A stretch of DNA of 41,408 nucleotides from an uncultured Desulfurococcaceae archaeon. GTDB lineage: Archaea; Thermoproteota; Thermoprotei_A; Sulfolobales; Desulfurococcaceae. Position 1 is the first letter of the stretch. Every line of letters begins with the position of its first letter. The stretch spans positions 1 through 41,408 of the forward strand of contig CAZVWZ010000001.1 of NCBI GenBank assembly GCA_964631195.1, in the 5' to 3' direction. Shown here one piece after another: positions 18,223-26,753 of this stretch. Made by a program: the position numbers and the translations under genes. The notes below the pieces were generated by a model. It worked only from the letters and a program-made list of their open reading frames with translations, was not told where the DNA came from and ran no database searches.

Positions 18223-19674
18223 TTGAAAGCAATGTTTAAGAAGTATTTGCCTATAATATTGTTGGTACTTATCCTCATATATAGTGGTTATGAACTTTAT
18301 AGATTGGCAGATTCATTTACACAAAGCGAAATAGAAAGAAATGGTAAAGGTTATGTTTCTGACGAAGTATGGTATGTTTCATCAGCTCGTAATATATTAA
18401 TTAAAATATTTCATGTGGAGCCTAGAAACCCAATAAATTATTCAGCAACAATAATTACGAATACCACGCCTAGTAGAGGATATGTAAATAGTTTAGCGGC
18501 TAGATACGGAGTTAGTGTAGTAGACTGGAACTATAAAGAATTAAAGAACGCTTTTTATGTAGAATCATCTTCAAAAGAGAATCTTATACTATTTATTGAG
18601 GAGATTAGAAGTGAATATGGTATAATAGATGTTGTATATGGTTGGAGACTTCCTGATCATGATAATATACAAAATTATATGAATACTGAGCATCCGCCAT
18701 TAGGTAAATACCTTATAGCATTTTCGATCTACCTCTTCGGCGATTATCCGACATACTGGAGGTATCCGAGCATAGCTTCTGGTATACTATTGCTGGTGTT
18801 AATTTATTTAATCACTCTAAAGATCACTGGTAATCATTACTTATCCCTGCTTGTAACTTTGCTTGCATCGTTTGATCAGTTGTTTAGGGTGATGGCAGCC
18901 ATAGCTATGCTAGATATATTTGTAGCATTATTTACTGCATTAGCTGTATTATTACTTCTTCATAGAAAGATCTACTTATCAATATTAGTTGCCGCTCTTG
19001 CATCAACGTTTAAGTTTAGCGGACTATTCATAGCTATACCCATAACTATAATATTCCTTAGATACGAACTTAGAAATCGAGGTATTAATTTCAAAGTATT
19101 CTCAATAGGTCTTATATATTCAATAACCATAATTGCATTAACTGCTATAATTATCCAAGTATTAACCGCAGTACCATTGATAATGGGTATAGGATTTAGT
19201 AATTGGGCTCAAGCAACTATAGGATCATTTAAATGGCATACATCTGTAAAGTGTACTGGTGCTAAATGCCCAATATCGGCTGCTCCATGGGATTGGATGC
19301 TTGGTATTAACGGATTTGCAGTATATTTCTTTACTTTAGAATCCAAGGCTATTGCCATAGGCAATCCTATTGTATGGCCTATAGTCTTTGGTATAACACT
19401 ACTATTTATTCCTGCATATAAGGTTTCAAGGAAAAGTGGTTGGCCTATTCTCATATTGTATGGCTTGTTAGCTGGCTATGTATTATTATGGATTATTGGT
19501 GGACGAACACAATATAGCTTCTATGCTATACAATTACTACCATATGTTTATATGTCACTAATTATCATACCATACGACCTGTTATGGTATAGAGAGAAAG
19601 CTTTAATGGTAATTAATAAATGGATTAGAGGTTTAAAAGAAATTTGGAGATTATTGATAAAAATACTTCTCTAA
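18223..19674 (+). CDS. GT39 / PMT-family (dolichyl-phosphate-mannose:protein mannosyltransferase-like) GT-C glycosyltransferase
   Basis: 483 aa, polytopic. TEHPPLGKYLIAFSIYLFG matches the HPPL(G/A)K loop-1 signature of PMT/GT39 enzymes. The start is either TTG 18223 or, perhaps more likely, ATG 18232 (MFKKYLPII..). Confidence 0.7.
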   Translation: MKAMFKKYLPIILLVLILIYSGYELYRLADSFTQSEIERNGKGYVSDEVWYVSSARNILIKIFHVEPRNPINYSATIITNTTPSRGYVNSLAARYGVSVVDWNYKELKNAFYVESSSKENLILFIEEIRSEYGIIDVVYGWRLPDHDNIQNYMNTEHPPLGKYLIAFSIYLFGDYPTYWRYPSIASGILLLVLIYLITLKITGNHYLSLLVTLLASFDQLFRVMAAIAMLDIFVALFTALAVLLLLHRKIYLSILVAALASTFKFSGLFIAIPITIIFLRYELRNRGINFKVFSIGLIYSITIIALTAIIIQVLTAVPLIMGIGFSNWAQATIGSFKWHTSVKCTGAKCPISAAPWDWMLGINGFAVYFFTLESKAIAIGNPIVWPIVFGITLLFIPAYKVSRKSGWPILILYGLLAGYVLLWIIGGRTQYSFYAIQLLPYVYMSLIIIPYDLLWYREKALMVINKWIRGLKEIWRLLIKILL

Positions 19675-19676
19675 AA

Positions 19677-20588
19677 TTATTTCTTTAAGGGTTTTGTAAT
19701 TGGTTTATAAACATACGATACATGGACCCTGCCATTATAGTATCTAAGTTTAAGACCGCGTTCGTTAATCCTCTTGTCTATAGAATCAGTATCTAATTTA
19801 CTAGGATCGTATTTCTTACTTCCAATTATGAAGTTGCAGGAATAGCCAAAACTTGGAACCCAAGCCTCATATTCCATGATTATTGGAAAGACCTTTGATA
19901 CATTATTGTAAACCCATTCATAGACTTTATTATAGAAGAAACTATTTCCTGCCTGTGTAACCATGATACCATCATCCTTTAATATACGGTAAATTTCCTT
20001 ATAGAATTCTTTACTGTATAAGCTTTTAGCGATTTCACTAGAATAAGGATCTGTGAGATCTATTATAACTGCATCAAATGATTTATCAGACTGCTTAGCA
20101 ACATACTCTTTTCCATCCATTATGATAACTTCTGCTCTAGGATCATTAAAGCTTCCTTGATGCATTACATCTAAATATTTTTTAGCAAATTCAACTAGTT
20201 CCCCATCAATATCTACCATAATTGCTTTTTCTACACAATTATGTTTCAATACTTCACGTAATGTAGCTCCCTCTCCGCCTCCAATGATCAAGACTTTCCT
20301 TGGAAGAGGATGCGTTAATAATGCTGGATGTACAAGGCTTTCATGATAAATATGTTCATCAGATTCAGTACTTTGAATATAATTGTCTATTACCAATCCC
20401 CTACCTAATTCCTCAAATTCAACTAACATTATTTCTTGGTATTTTGTCCTTGTATATACATAGAGTCTACGTAGTTTTATTAATGTAGACATAGACTTCG
20501 ACGTAGGTTCTATAATCATTAAACCTCCATATCCATTAGTCAATATGAAATCACCCAATGCCCATGCTACTTCATTATTGTTATTCAA
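19677..20588 (-). CDS. speE: Spermidine synthase / polyamine aminopropyltransferase
   Basis: Q.I.LVEFEELGRGLVIDN.IQSTESDEHIYHESLVHP, VLIIGGGEGATLREVLKH, MVDIDGELV and DLTDP are classic SpeE blocks. Confidence 0.9.
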   Translation of the reverse strand: MNNNNEVAWALGDFILTNGYGGLMIIEPTSKSMSTLIKLRRLYVYTRTKYQEIMLVEFEELGRGLVIDNYIQSTESDEHIYHESLVHPALLTHPLPRKVLIIGGGEGATLREVLKHNCVEKAIMVDIDGELVEFAKKYLDVMHQGSFNDPRAEVIIMDGKEYVAKQSDKSFDAVIIDLTDPYSSEIAKSLYSKEFYKEIYRILKDDGIMVTQAGNSFFYNKVYEWVYNNVSKVFPIIMEYEAWVPSFGYSCNFIIGSKKYDPSKLDTDSIDKRINERGLKLRYYNGRVHVSYVYKPITKPLKK

Positions 20589-20682
20589 TATATGTCTAAA
20601 ATAAAATACTTACCTATTACCTCGTTTAAAAAGATCTAATATTTTGATTAAAAAGTATTAAAGAAGGTATTTCTAGGCTCTC

Positions 20683-22023
20683 TCATGGTGTATGAGTTAT
20701 TCCAGGTAGTTTTGGATATGCTGTTGCTAATACAATGTGTTTAACTCCAGCAATATATCGAGTTAGTCTCTCTATTCCTAAACCAAACCCTGTACTTGGC
20801 GGTACACCGCCTTTCTTAACTAGATCTAGGAACCAACTGTACTTCTCTAAAGGTTCTCCAAGCATTTTTATCCTTCTTACAAGCTCATCATATCTATACT
20901 CTCTTGCACCACCATCAATCACTTCTCCATAGCCTTTAGGTAGTAAGAGGTTGAAGTCAAGGTTGTACCTAGGATTACATGGATCAGGTAGATAGTAGAA
21001 TCCACGGCTAATTACTGGAAAGCCTACTAGCCATACTGGTGAGCCATAGTATTCTGCAAGCGCTGTCTCAGCTTCATGACATAGTTCTTTACCCCATTCA
21101 ACCTCATAGCCTAGTTTACTAACAATTTCTAATGCTTCATCATACTTTACTCTTGGAAATGGCGGCTTAAATCCATAGAATCTACTATGGATTTTGTCTA
21201 AGAGATCCTTATGCCTAGATAAGAGCTTTGATCCAATATATTCAAGTAGTCCCTCTGCAAGTTTTATAGCATCATCTATGCTAGCATATGCCCATTCAAT
21301 GTCTAGTTGTGTAAATTCTGATAAGTGTCTACCCGTCCTTATGTTCTCTGGAGGCTCTTCACGTATGTTTCTTGCCATGAAATATACTTTCTCGAATACT
21401 GCTATACTGGACTGCTTATACATGATCACGCTACTTGTAAGCTCATATTCTTCTCCATAAAATCTCGTCTTAAGCTTTCTTGCACCACGTAGTCCAGGAT
21501 CACTTACGATACTTATCATTGGAGCGAGTAATTCTATGAAGCCATGTTTTTCAAGATATTCTCTTGAATACTTCATTATATAATACTGAAGCCAGAGGAT
21601 GTCTTTCCATAATGGATTCCTCATATACCATGGACTATATTTAGCTAGTTCCACAGGATCCTTCTCTCTTATATCTTCAAGGTACTTTACAAAGGGTTCG
21701 TCACTTGGTGCATGTATAACATCATACTCCTTGACAAGAAGGCTTTCTTTAAAGAGGCATCCTTTTATTCTTACTAAGGTTTCTCTAGGCAGTTTAAATA
21801 GTTCACTAGCATATTCTCCAGATACTTTTAGTTTTCTAATTCCACTCGCATCTCTTAATATAAAGTATTCTTTATCCTTATCCGCTATCCATACAATTAG
21901 CTCTATGTCTCCATGATATCCGTCTATTCTTGATAGAAGGGTTCTACGACTTAGAGAACTAGATCTAGGATATGTATACAAAGGTTTAGTCCTATCCTGT
22001 GTTAAAACACATCCCTCATTCAC
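20683..22023 (-). CDS. Class IIb aminoacyl-tRNA synthetase, Asp/Asn-tRNA synthetase family (divergent)
   Basis: 446 aa. It has an N-terminal OB-like segment (IELIVWIADKDKEYFILRDASG), a motif-2 region ..RHLSEFTQLDIEW, and motif 3 GFGLGIERLTRY. The expected FRAE of motif 2 reads ARNIREEPPENIRTG. Confidence 0.7.
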   Translation of the reverse strand: MNEGCVLTQDRTKPLYTYPRSSSLSRRTLLSRIDGYHGDIELIVWIADKDKEYFILRDASGIRKLKVSGEYASELFKLPRETLVRIKGCLFKESLLVKEYDVIHAPSDEPFVKYLEDIREKDPVELAKYSPWYMRNPLWKDILWLQYYIMKYSREYLEKHGFIELLAPMISIVSDPGLRGARKLKTRFYGEEYELTSSVIMYKQSSIAVFEKVYFMARNIREEPPENIRTGRHLSEFTQLDIEWAYASIDDAIKLAEGLLEYIGSKLLSRHKDLLDKIHSRFYGFKPPFPRVKYDEALEIVSKLGYEVEWGKELCHEAETALAEYYGSPVWLVGFPVISRGFYYLPDPCNPRYNLDFNLLLPKGYGEVIDGGAREYRYDELVRRIKMLGEPLEKYSWFLDLVKKGGVPPSTGFGLGIERLTRYIAGVKHIVLATAYPKLPGITHTP

Positions 22024-22144
22024 CTAGCTTTCCCATCTACTTCCCACTGGTATTTAAATGCTTCTGCCATGAAGTTTAAATAATTGTTTAAAAATATAAA
22101 AACAAATTGTATAATGATTATAGAAATCAGTATAGGATGGTAAA

Positions 22145-22294
22145 ATGTCTATTGATCTCGATGATATACATGTACGTATTGTAAGATTAGAGGAAAGGAT
22201 CAATGGTTTAGAGGAGAAGTTGAATAAGATCTACAATAGAATTAAGAGACTTCGCCTTTTTCTTGTTCTTGTTTTCGTTTTGAGAGAACAATAA
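22145..22294 (+). CDS. Candidate 49-aa coiled-coil/hydrophobic-tail micro-protein (mutually exclusive with 22242..22361 minus)
   Basis: An ATG ORF not in the supplied track: MSIDLDDIHVRIVRLEERINGLEEKLNKIYNRIKRLRLFLVLVFVLREQ. An A/T-rich promoter-like sequence lies upstream. It overlaps the minus-strand micro-ORF antisense, so at most one of the two is likely real. Confidence 0.25.
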   Translation: MSIDLDDIHVRIVRLEERINGLEEKLNKIYNRIKRLRLFLVLVFVLREQ

Positions 22295-22361
22295 CCATGA
22301 TTTCCAGAAGAAAACCTATGAGAATAAATATTAAAGCTATATCAATTATACTTATCATCAT
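22242..22361 (-). CDS. Candidate 39-aa single-TM micro-protein translationally coupled to the 647-aa orphan gene
   Basis: Minus strand: the ATG at 22361..22359 overlaps the TGA stop (22360..22358) of the upstream gene in an ATGA arrangement. It encodes MMISIIDIALIFILIGFLLEIMVIVLSKRKQEQEKGEVS, one TM helix plus a charged tail. It is not in the supplied track because it is under 60 aa. Confidence 0.4.
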   Translation of the reverse strand: MMISIIDIALIFILIGFLLEIMVIVLSKRKQEQEKGEVS

Positions 22362-24301
22362 TCTCTCCGCCTATATGTCTCAACAATAGTCTTTCCACGA
22401 GTAATTATAGATAGTTTATCTGGAATAAAGCCTTCAACATCAAAGCTATTCCATCCCTTCTCAAGACTAGTTAATAAACTTCTTTCAATGCCTTCGCCAC
22501 TAAATACAAGTCTTACATCGCCAAGTGGTATTGGTGACCATACATATGCAGTACTACCCATAATTCGGAGGACAGGATCTAGTATATCTAGGTCAATATA
22601 CAATCTGCCTCTAAGCTTTTCAACATACATCCTACTCATACTCCATGACATAATGAGAATATTAACTTCATGTACACCAGCTTCGGACCATAATATTCTA
22701 ACGGGTATAGTATAGGTTCCTGGCTTTAGACCTTGTATCTCATGTGTAGTGGCATATAATGAGTTCTCATCAGACCATATAATGATCTTTAAAGAATCAA
22801 TGTGTATTGATGACTCAATTGTAATAGGGACGAAGAAGCCTAGAGAATCTCTTGAAAGCTTTGAAGCAACACTGATTCTGTCAAAGGCACTTTCAGGCTT
22901 TTTAATGAATAATAAGATCTTTTCACGGAGATTAAGGAATCCCGGTATTATAAATAATAAATCTAAGGTATGTAACCCTGGTTTTGCTCCAATATCCTTA
23001 AACAAGATCTTAGAGCCGTAACCTATTACTTCAATCTTTCTGTCGGATGTACCTATAAGTCTTACTCTTGGAGTAACATGTTCAATATCTATGTGTTTAG
23101 TCTCACCACTAAACATTTCAAGATCTCTTAAACTTATTTCGAGAGATTCACCCATATCAATTAATACAGCTTTTGGAGAACCTGTTGATGATAGATAGCC
23201 TATAAGAATCCGATCCCCTATAACAGAGATCCCATTTACCATACCATCAAAACTATATTCTCCAAGATATTCTCCTCCCCAAGAATAGATTCTAAGGTGA
23301 TCCTCTATTCCAACAGCTATATAGTTCTCGCCAATGCCACATACATAGCCTCCTTCAACATCTAGTTCTCTTAACTTAGTTCCGGTATCTGCTGCTAACA
23401 CGTATACCTTTTCAGGTGTAACGATAGCTAGGGCTCTCCTTGAAATACCATGTCTGGAACTACACACATATCTTATATCTCCAAATATCTTTTCCCATAT
23501 AATTTCCTTATCCTTAAGATCATATGCTATGACACCTTTTGTATTCTTAAGAATTAAACGATTATAGCTATAGTCTACAATACTCCATGGACCTATATAG
23601 TCTAATAATATACCTTTAGAACCAAGAGTATATTTCTTATAGTTTCCATGATAAAATAAATGTAGTAAATAGAATTTCTCTTCACGTTTACTACTTATAC
23701 TTTCCCATACTCCATACCATTCTCCATTAAAGCCTGCTATAATAGCTGAGTTTAGGATCTTTTTAGAATAGTCTTTTCCGATACCTTTCTTTACAAATAA
23801 TATATGGGGTCCTGCTTCACCTGTATCCGCGTGTATCGTTCTTATTAAAGAAATGATCTTGTCTCCTGATAGGCCAAGATCCATGTTTTCAATTAATAGT
23901 CTTCTTTTCCTAAAAGTACCTATTTCCAAGTATTCAATAGCTTTAATTCCACCTCTTCTTGTAACAGTAACAAATGATCTCATTCCTTTTACTGACACCA
24001 CTGACAATGCGGCTTCAAGGGTATTTGATATAATGCCTTCGACATCTCCATTGATTATTGTAAGATCACGATTATTATAAAATAAATGATTTACACCGGC
24101 GATCTTACTAATATAAAATCTATTAATACTATGTTCATCTCCAAATACAAAGCCAAGCCTATACGATAAAGCTGGATATATATGCTGTTTTATACGTACA
24201 TAGAGGCTCTTAGGAAGAAACTTATCTTCTTCAGTTGTTACATCAACTGTATCTATTATTAATGGTAACTTCCGTTTTCTAAGTCCTTGTTTAATACTCA
24301 A
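22358..24301 (-). CDS. Large orphan beta-rich protein (beta-propeller-like middle region, Ig/CARDB-like C-terminal region), no signal peptide
   Basis: 647-aa ORF with a TTG start and a basic N-terminus (KQGLRKRKLP). Strand-turn units recur (VIAYDLKDKEIIWEKIF; KVYVLAADTGTKLRELDV; IAVGIEDHLRIYSWGGEYLGEYSF; ILIGYLSS). The C-terminal half contains GTYTIPVRILWSEAGVHEVNILI. No family recognised. Confidence 0.7.
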   Translation of the reverse strand: MSIKQGLRKRKLPLIIDTVDVTTEEDKFLPKSLYVRIKQHIYPALSYRLGFVFGDEHSINRFYISKIAGVNHLFYNNRDLTIINGDVEGIISNTLEAALSVVSVKGMRSFVTVTRRGGIKAIEYLEIGTFRKRRLLIENMDLGLSGDKIISLIRTIHADTGEAGPHILFVKKGIGKDYSKKILNSAIIAGFNGEWYGVWESISSKREEKFYLLHLFYHGNYKKYTLGSKGILLDYIGPWSIVDYSYNRLILKNTKGVIAYDLKDKEIIWEKIFGDIRYVCSSRHGISRRALAIVTPEKVYVLAADTGTKLRELDVEGGYVCGIGENYIAVGIEDHLRIYSWGGEYLGEYSFDGMVNGISVIGDRILIGYLSSTGSPKAVLIDMGESLEISLRDLEMFSGETKHIDIEHVTPRVRLIGTSDRKIEVIGYGSKILFKDIGAKPGLHTLDLLFIIPGFLNLREKILLFIKKPESAFDRISVASKLSRDSLGFFVPITIESSIHIDSLKIIIWSDENSLYATTHEIQGLKPGTYTIPVRILWSEAGVHEVNILIMSWSMSRMYVEKLRGRLYIDLDILDPVLRIMGSTAYVWSPIPLGDVRLVFSGEGIERSLLTSLEKGWNSFDVEGFIPDKLSIITRGKTIVETYRRRE

Positions 24302-24434
24302 TAATACCCCCTAGCAATATATGTATGTTCAGAGTACCATATAGATTGTGTATATTATGTATTAGATAACGTTATAATATAGGGCATGGAGATGTTAATA
24401 TATATAGTGATACAGGATATATAGGGTTAAGATA
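24302..24434. promoter_or_regulatory. Shared divergent promoter region of the two orphan genes
   Basis: 133-nt A/T-rich spacer between divergent starts. GTTAATATATATAG (24394..24407) is centred about 34 nt upstream of ATG 24435, and TATA-like runs are also present on the other strand (24330..24355). Confidence 0.4.
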
Positions 24435-25565
24435 ATGCCTTTCACGAGACTATGGCAGTACAAGATCCCTAGTGAATGCTTATTAGATGGCCTCGAATAT
24501 CGTGGTGAATGGCTCAATATTGATCTCTATTGTAGAGATGAAGTAAAGAAAGTAAGTATTGAAGTTGCTAGCGGCCGCGCTGTCACGAGGGGTGGTGCTC
24601 CGCTTGAGCTACGTGGAGTTGTAGAATTAAAGAGAGAATACTTTGTACTAAGGTGTTTTTACGGCTATGGAAATAGAATATGGAGTAAGATCAAGAGAGC
24701 AATAAACGCCAAGATCATGTGTAGAAAGGAGACATGTGTAATTGGATTATTAAAGCCAAATTATAATCTAGAAGTCAATATAGTTAATAGGGCAGGCACG
24801 ATACTTGAGACTATTACCCTGGGTAATACACTAGATTTTGACATTGGTGGTTCAAGGAATTTAATAGTATTATCAACTATTTCACCATATCCGGAACATA
24901 GTACTGTATTATTGGTTGATGCAACTTCGAATACAGTAATTGATGAAATAACAGGCTTTGGAGGGAGAATTATTTCCAGTCCAAATAGGATCATTGTTAA
25001 TGGAGAACATGAAGGAAGATACTATGCAAGAATATATAGTGATGATGGTGAGGAACTAGCTTATGATGAAGGGATAGGAGTATTTATACCATATAATCCC
25101 TATCCGTTTCAGATACCCGGTATAGAACTTTATAATGAAAGACTTATTGTTATTACAGACTTGTTTACAGTAAAAGTCTACAATATTATGGATCTAAACC
25201 TTGAATATACATTCTTAAAACCACCGCATATGAGAGCAGTATTTAATGTTGATCCAGAGGCTAATAATGTTACAACTCTATCAAGAATAAATGATCAGCC
25301 GTTAATTATAAATTATAGTTTTAAGGGCGAGCCTCGATGGCAAACACATGTTGTACGCGGTGTCTCAAGAGTTCTTCATAGTACGTCTCTTCTAGCATTA
25401 TTTGATGAATTCTATAGAAAAGAGACGAGGCTTGGCTTTATTAAAATGCCTGTTGTCGTAGAAGAGGAAAGATTTGGCCCTGGTGTTGAACCACTTGTTG
25501 TTTGGGGTCGGAATGTCGTTTTGTTTGATGGAGAGTTTATAAAGGCTTATGTATATGAGAGATAG
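24435..25565 (+). CDS. Orphan beta-rich protein, no signal peptide
   Basis: 376-aa ORF with an ATG start and strand-turn patterns (NLIVLSTIS..STVLLVDATSNTVIDEITGFGGRIISSPNRIIVNG; YYARIYSDDGEELAYDEG; RLIVITDLFTVKVYNIMD). No family recognised. Confidence 0.7.
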   Translation: MPFTRLWQYKIPSECLLDGLEYRGEWLNIDLYCRDEVKKVSIEVASGRAVTRGGAPLELRGVVELKREYFVLRCFYGYGNRIWSKIKRAINAKIMCRKETCVIGLLKPNYNLEVNIVNRAGTILETITLGNTLDFDIGGSRNLIVLSTISPYPEHSTVLLVDATSNTVIDEITGFGGRIISSPNRIIVNGEHEGRYYARIYSDDGEELAYDEGIGVFIPYNPYPFQIPGIELYNERLIVITDLFTVKVYNIMDLNLEYTFLKPPHMRAVFNVDPEANNVTTLSRINDQPLIINYSFKGEPRWQTHVVRGVSRVLHSTSLLALFDEFYRKETRLGFIKMPVVVEEERFGPGVEPLVVWGRNVVLFDGEFIKAYVYER

Positions 25566-25589
25566 TTCTTGGAGGTGGATAATTGGTAG

Positions 25590-26753
25590 TTGGATTATAT
25601 AAGGGATTTGGTGCTTCTACTTATACTTGCAAAAATACTTGGACTACCACTTAGAAGTAAAGGCATTCATCCTATTGTAGGACATGTACTTGCCGGTGTA
25701 ATTCTTGGACCATATGTTCTTGGGATCGTTTACCCAAGTGAAAACCTTGCTACTATCGCTAGTGTTGCATTATTACTATTACTATTCTATACAGGACTTA
25801 CAACTGATTTCCGTGAGCTCAGGAGACGTGGATTATACATTATATTAATTGGTAGTTTTGGAGTTATTGCTACATTCTTCATAGCATATACTATATTATA
25901 TATAATAGGTATTACTGGCTTACAAGCTCTATTTCTAGCCATCGTTATATCTAATACTGCTACAGAAACCGTAGCTGCTACAATAGCATATGTTGGTGGC
26001 CGTGAAATTAGGGCATTAATTGTTGGAGCTAGTTTTGTAGATGATATAGTTGCTGCATTTATGATAAGCATTATAGCTAGTCAAGCAATAGGTATTGGAG
26101 ACATGACTATGATTAGTGTATTGACAATAGTGTTTATGGTAGCTATTCTTGTATTTAGCCAAATATTTGTTACAAAGTATTCTATAATATATAAGCTCAT
26201 GTCTAAAGACTATAGAATATTTGCAGCTTTATCAATAATATTTGCATTTGGTACAGCATTGCTTGCAAGACTAATAGGGCTTAGTGAGCTCATAGGTGCC
26301 TATTTAGCAGGCTTATTAATTGGTAGGGGTAGAGAATTCCATGATCCACTGCTTAAAACAAGAGTTATACTTAGTGAATTCATAGATGATCTTAGTGTAT
26401 TTCTAGAAGTACTTTTCATACCAATGTTCTTTACATATGTTGGATTACTACTTGTACCAACAAGTATCGATATAAGTCTCCTCATAGGCATATTATTTGC
26501 TGCAATAGCTGGTAAAATTATTGGATGTACACCTTTAGCCTACTTAACATTAAAGGATAGAGATAAAAGCTTATTGGTAGGCTTCGCCATGATAGGTAGG
26601 GGTGCTTTAGAGACAGCACTATTGAAGCTTGGATATGATTTTGGTATAATAACTATCGAGCAATACTCAACAGTAATAGTTGTTGCATTATCAACTACGA
26701 TAATAGCTCCACTACTATATACAATAGCCTATCGTCGATATACGCTTCGATAA
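25590..26753 (+). CDS. Monovalent cation:proton antiporter, CPA2 (Kef/NapA-like) membrane domain only
   Basis: 387 aa with about 11-12 TM segments. The N-terminus LLLILAKILG..LRSKGIHPIVGHVLAGVILGP is typical of Na+/H+-exchanger family proteins. A GGAGGTGGA SD lies 11-19 nt upstream of the TTG start. No C-terminal TrkA/KTN domain is present. Confidence 0.8.
   Translation: MDYIRDLVLLLILAKILGLPLRSKGIHPIVGHVLAGVILGPYVLGIVYPSENLATIASVALLLLLFYTGLTTDFRELRRRGLYIILIGSFGVIATFFIAYTILYIIGITGLQALFLAIVISNTATETVAATIAYVGGREIRALIVGASFVDDIVAAFMISIIASQAIGIGDMTMISVLTIVFMVAILVFSQIFVTKYSIIYKLMSKDYRIFAALSIIFAFGTALLARLIGLSELIGAYLAGLLIGRGREFHDPLLKTRVILSEFIDDLSVFLEVLFIPMFFTYVGLLLVPTSIDISLLIGILFAAIAGKIIGCTPLAYLTLKDRDKSLLVGFAMIGRGALETALLKLGYDFGIITIEQYSTVIVVALSTTIIAPLLYTIAYRRYTLR

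Noticed and set aside
24561-24620. Short GC-rich patch (GCGGCCGCGCTGTCACGAGGGGTGGTGCTCCGC; 23 of 30 nt G+C over 24571..24600) as a hidden structural RNA
   Set aside because: It lies in frame within the 376-aa ORF, encoding ASGRAVTRGGAPLELRG. It is too short for a tRNA or sRNA and shows no cloverleaf or stem pattern.
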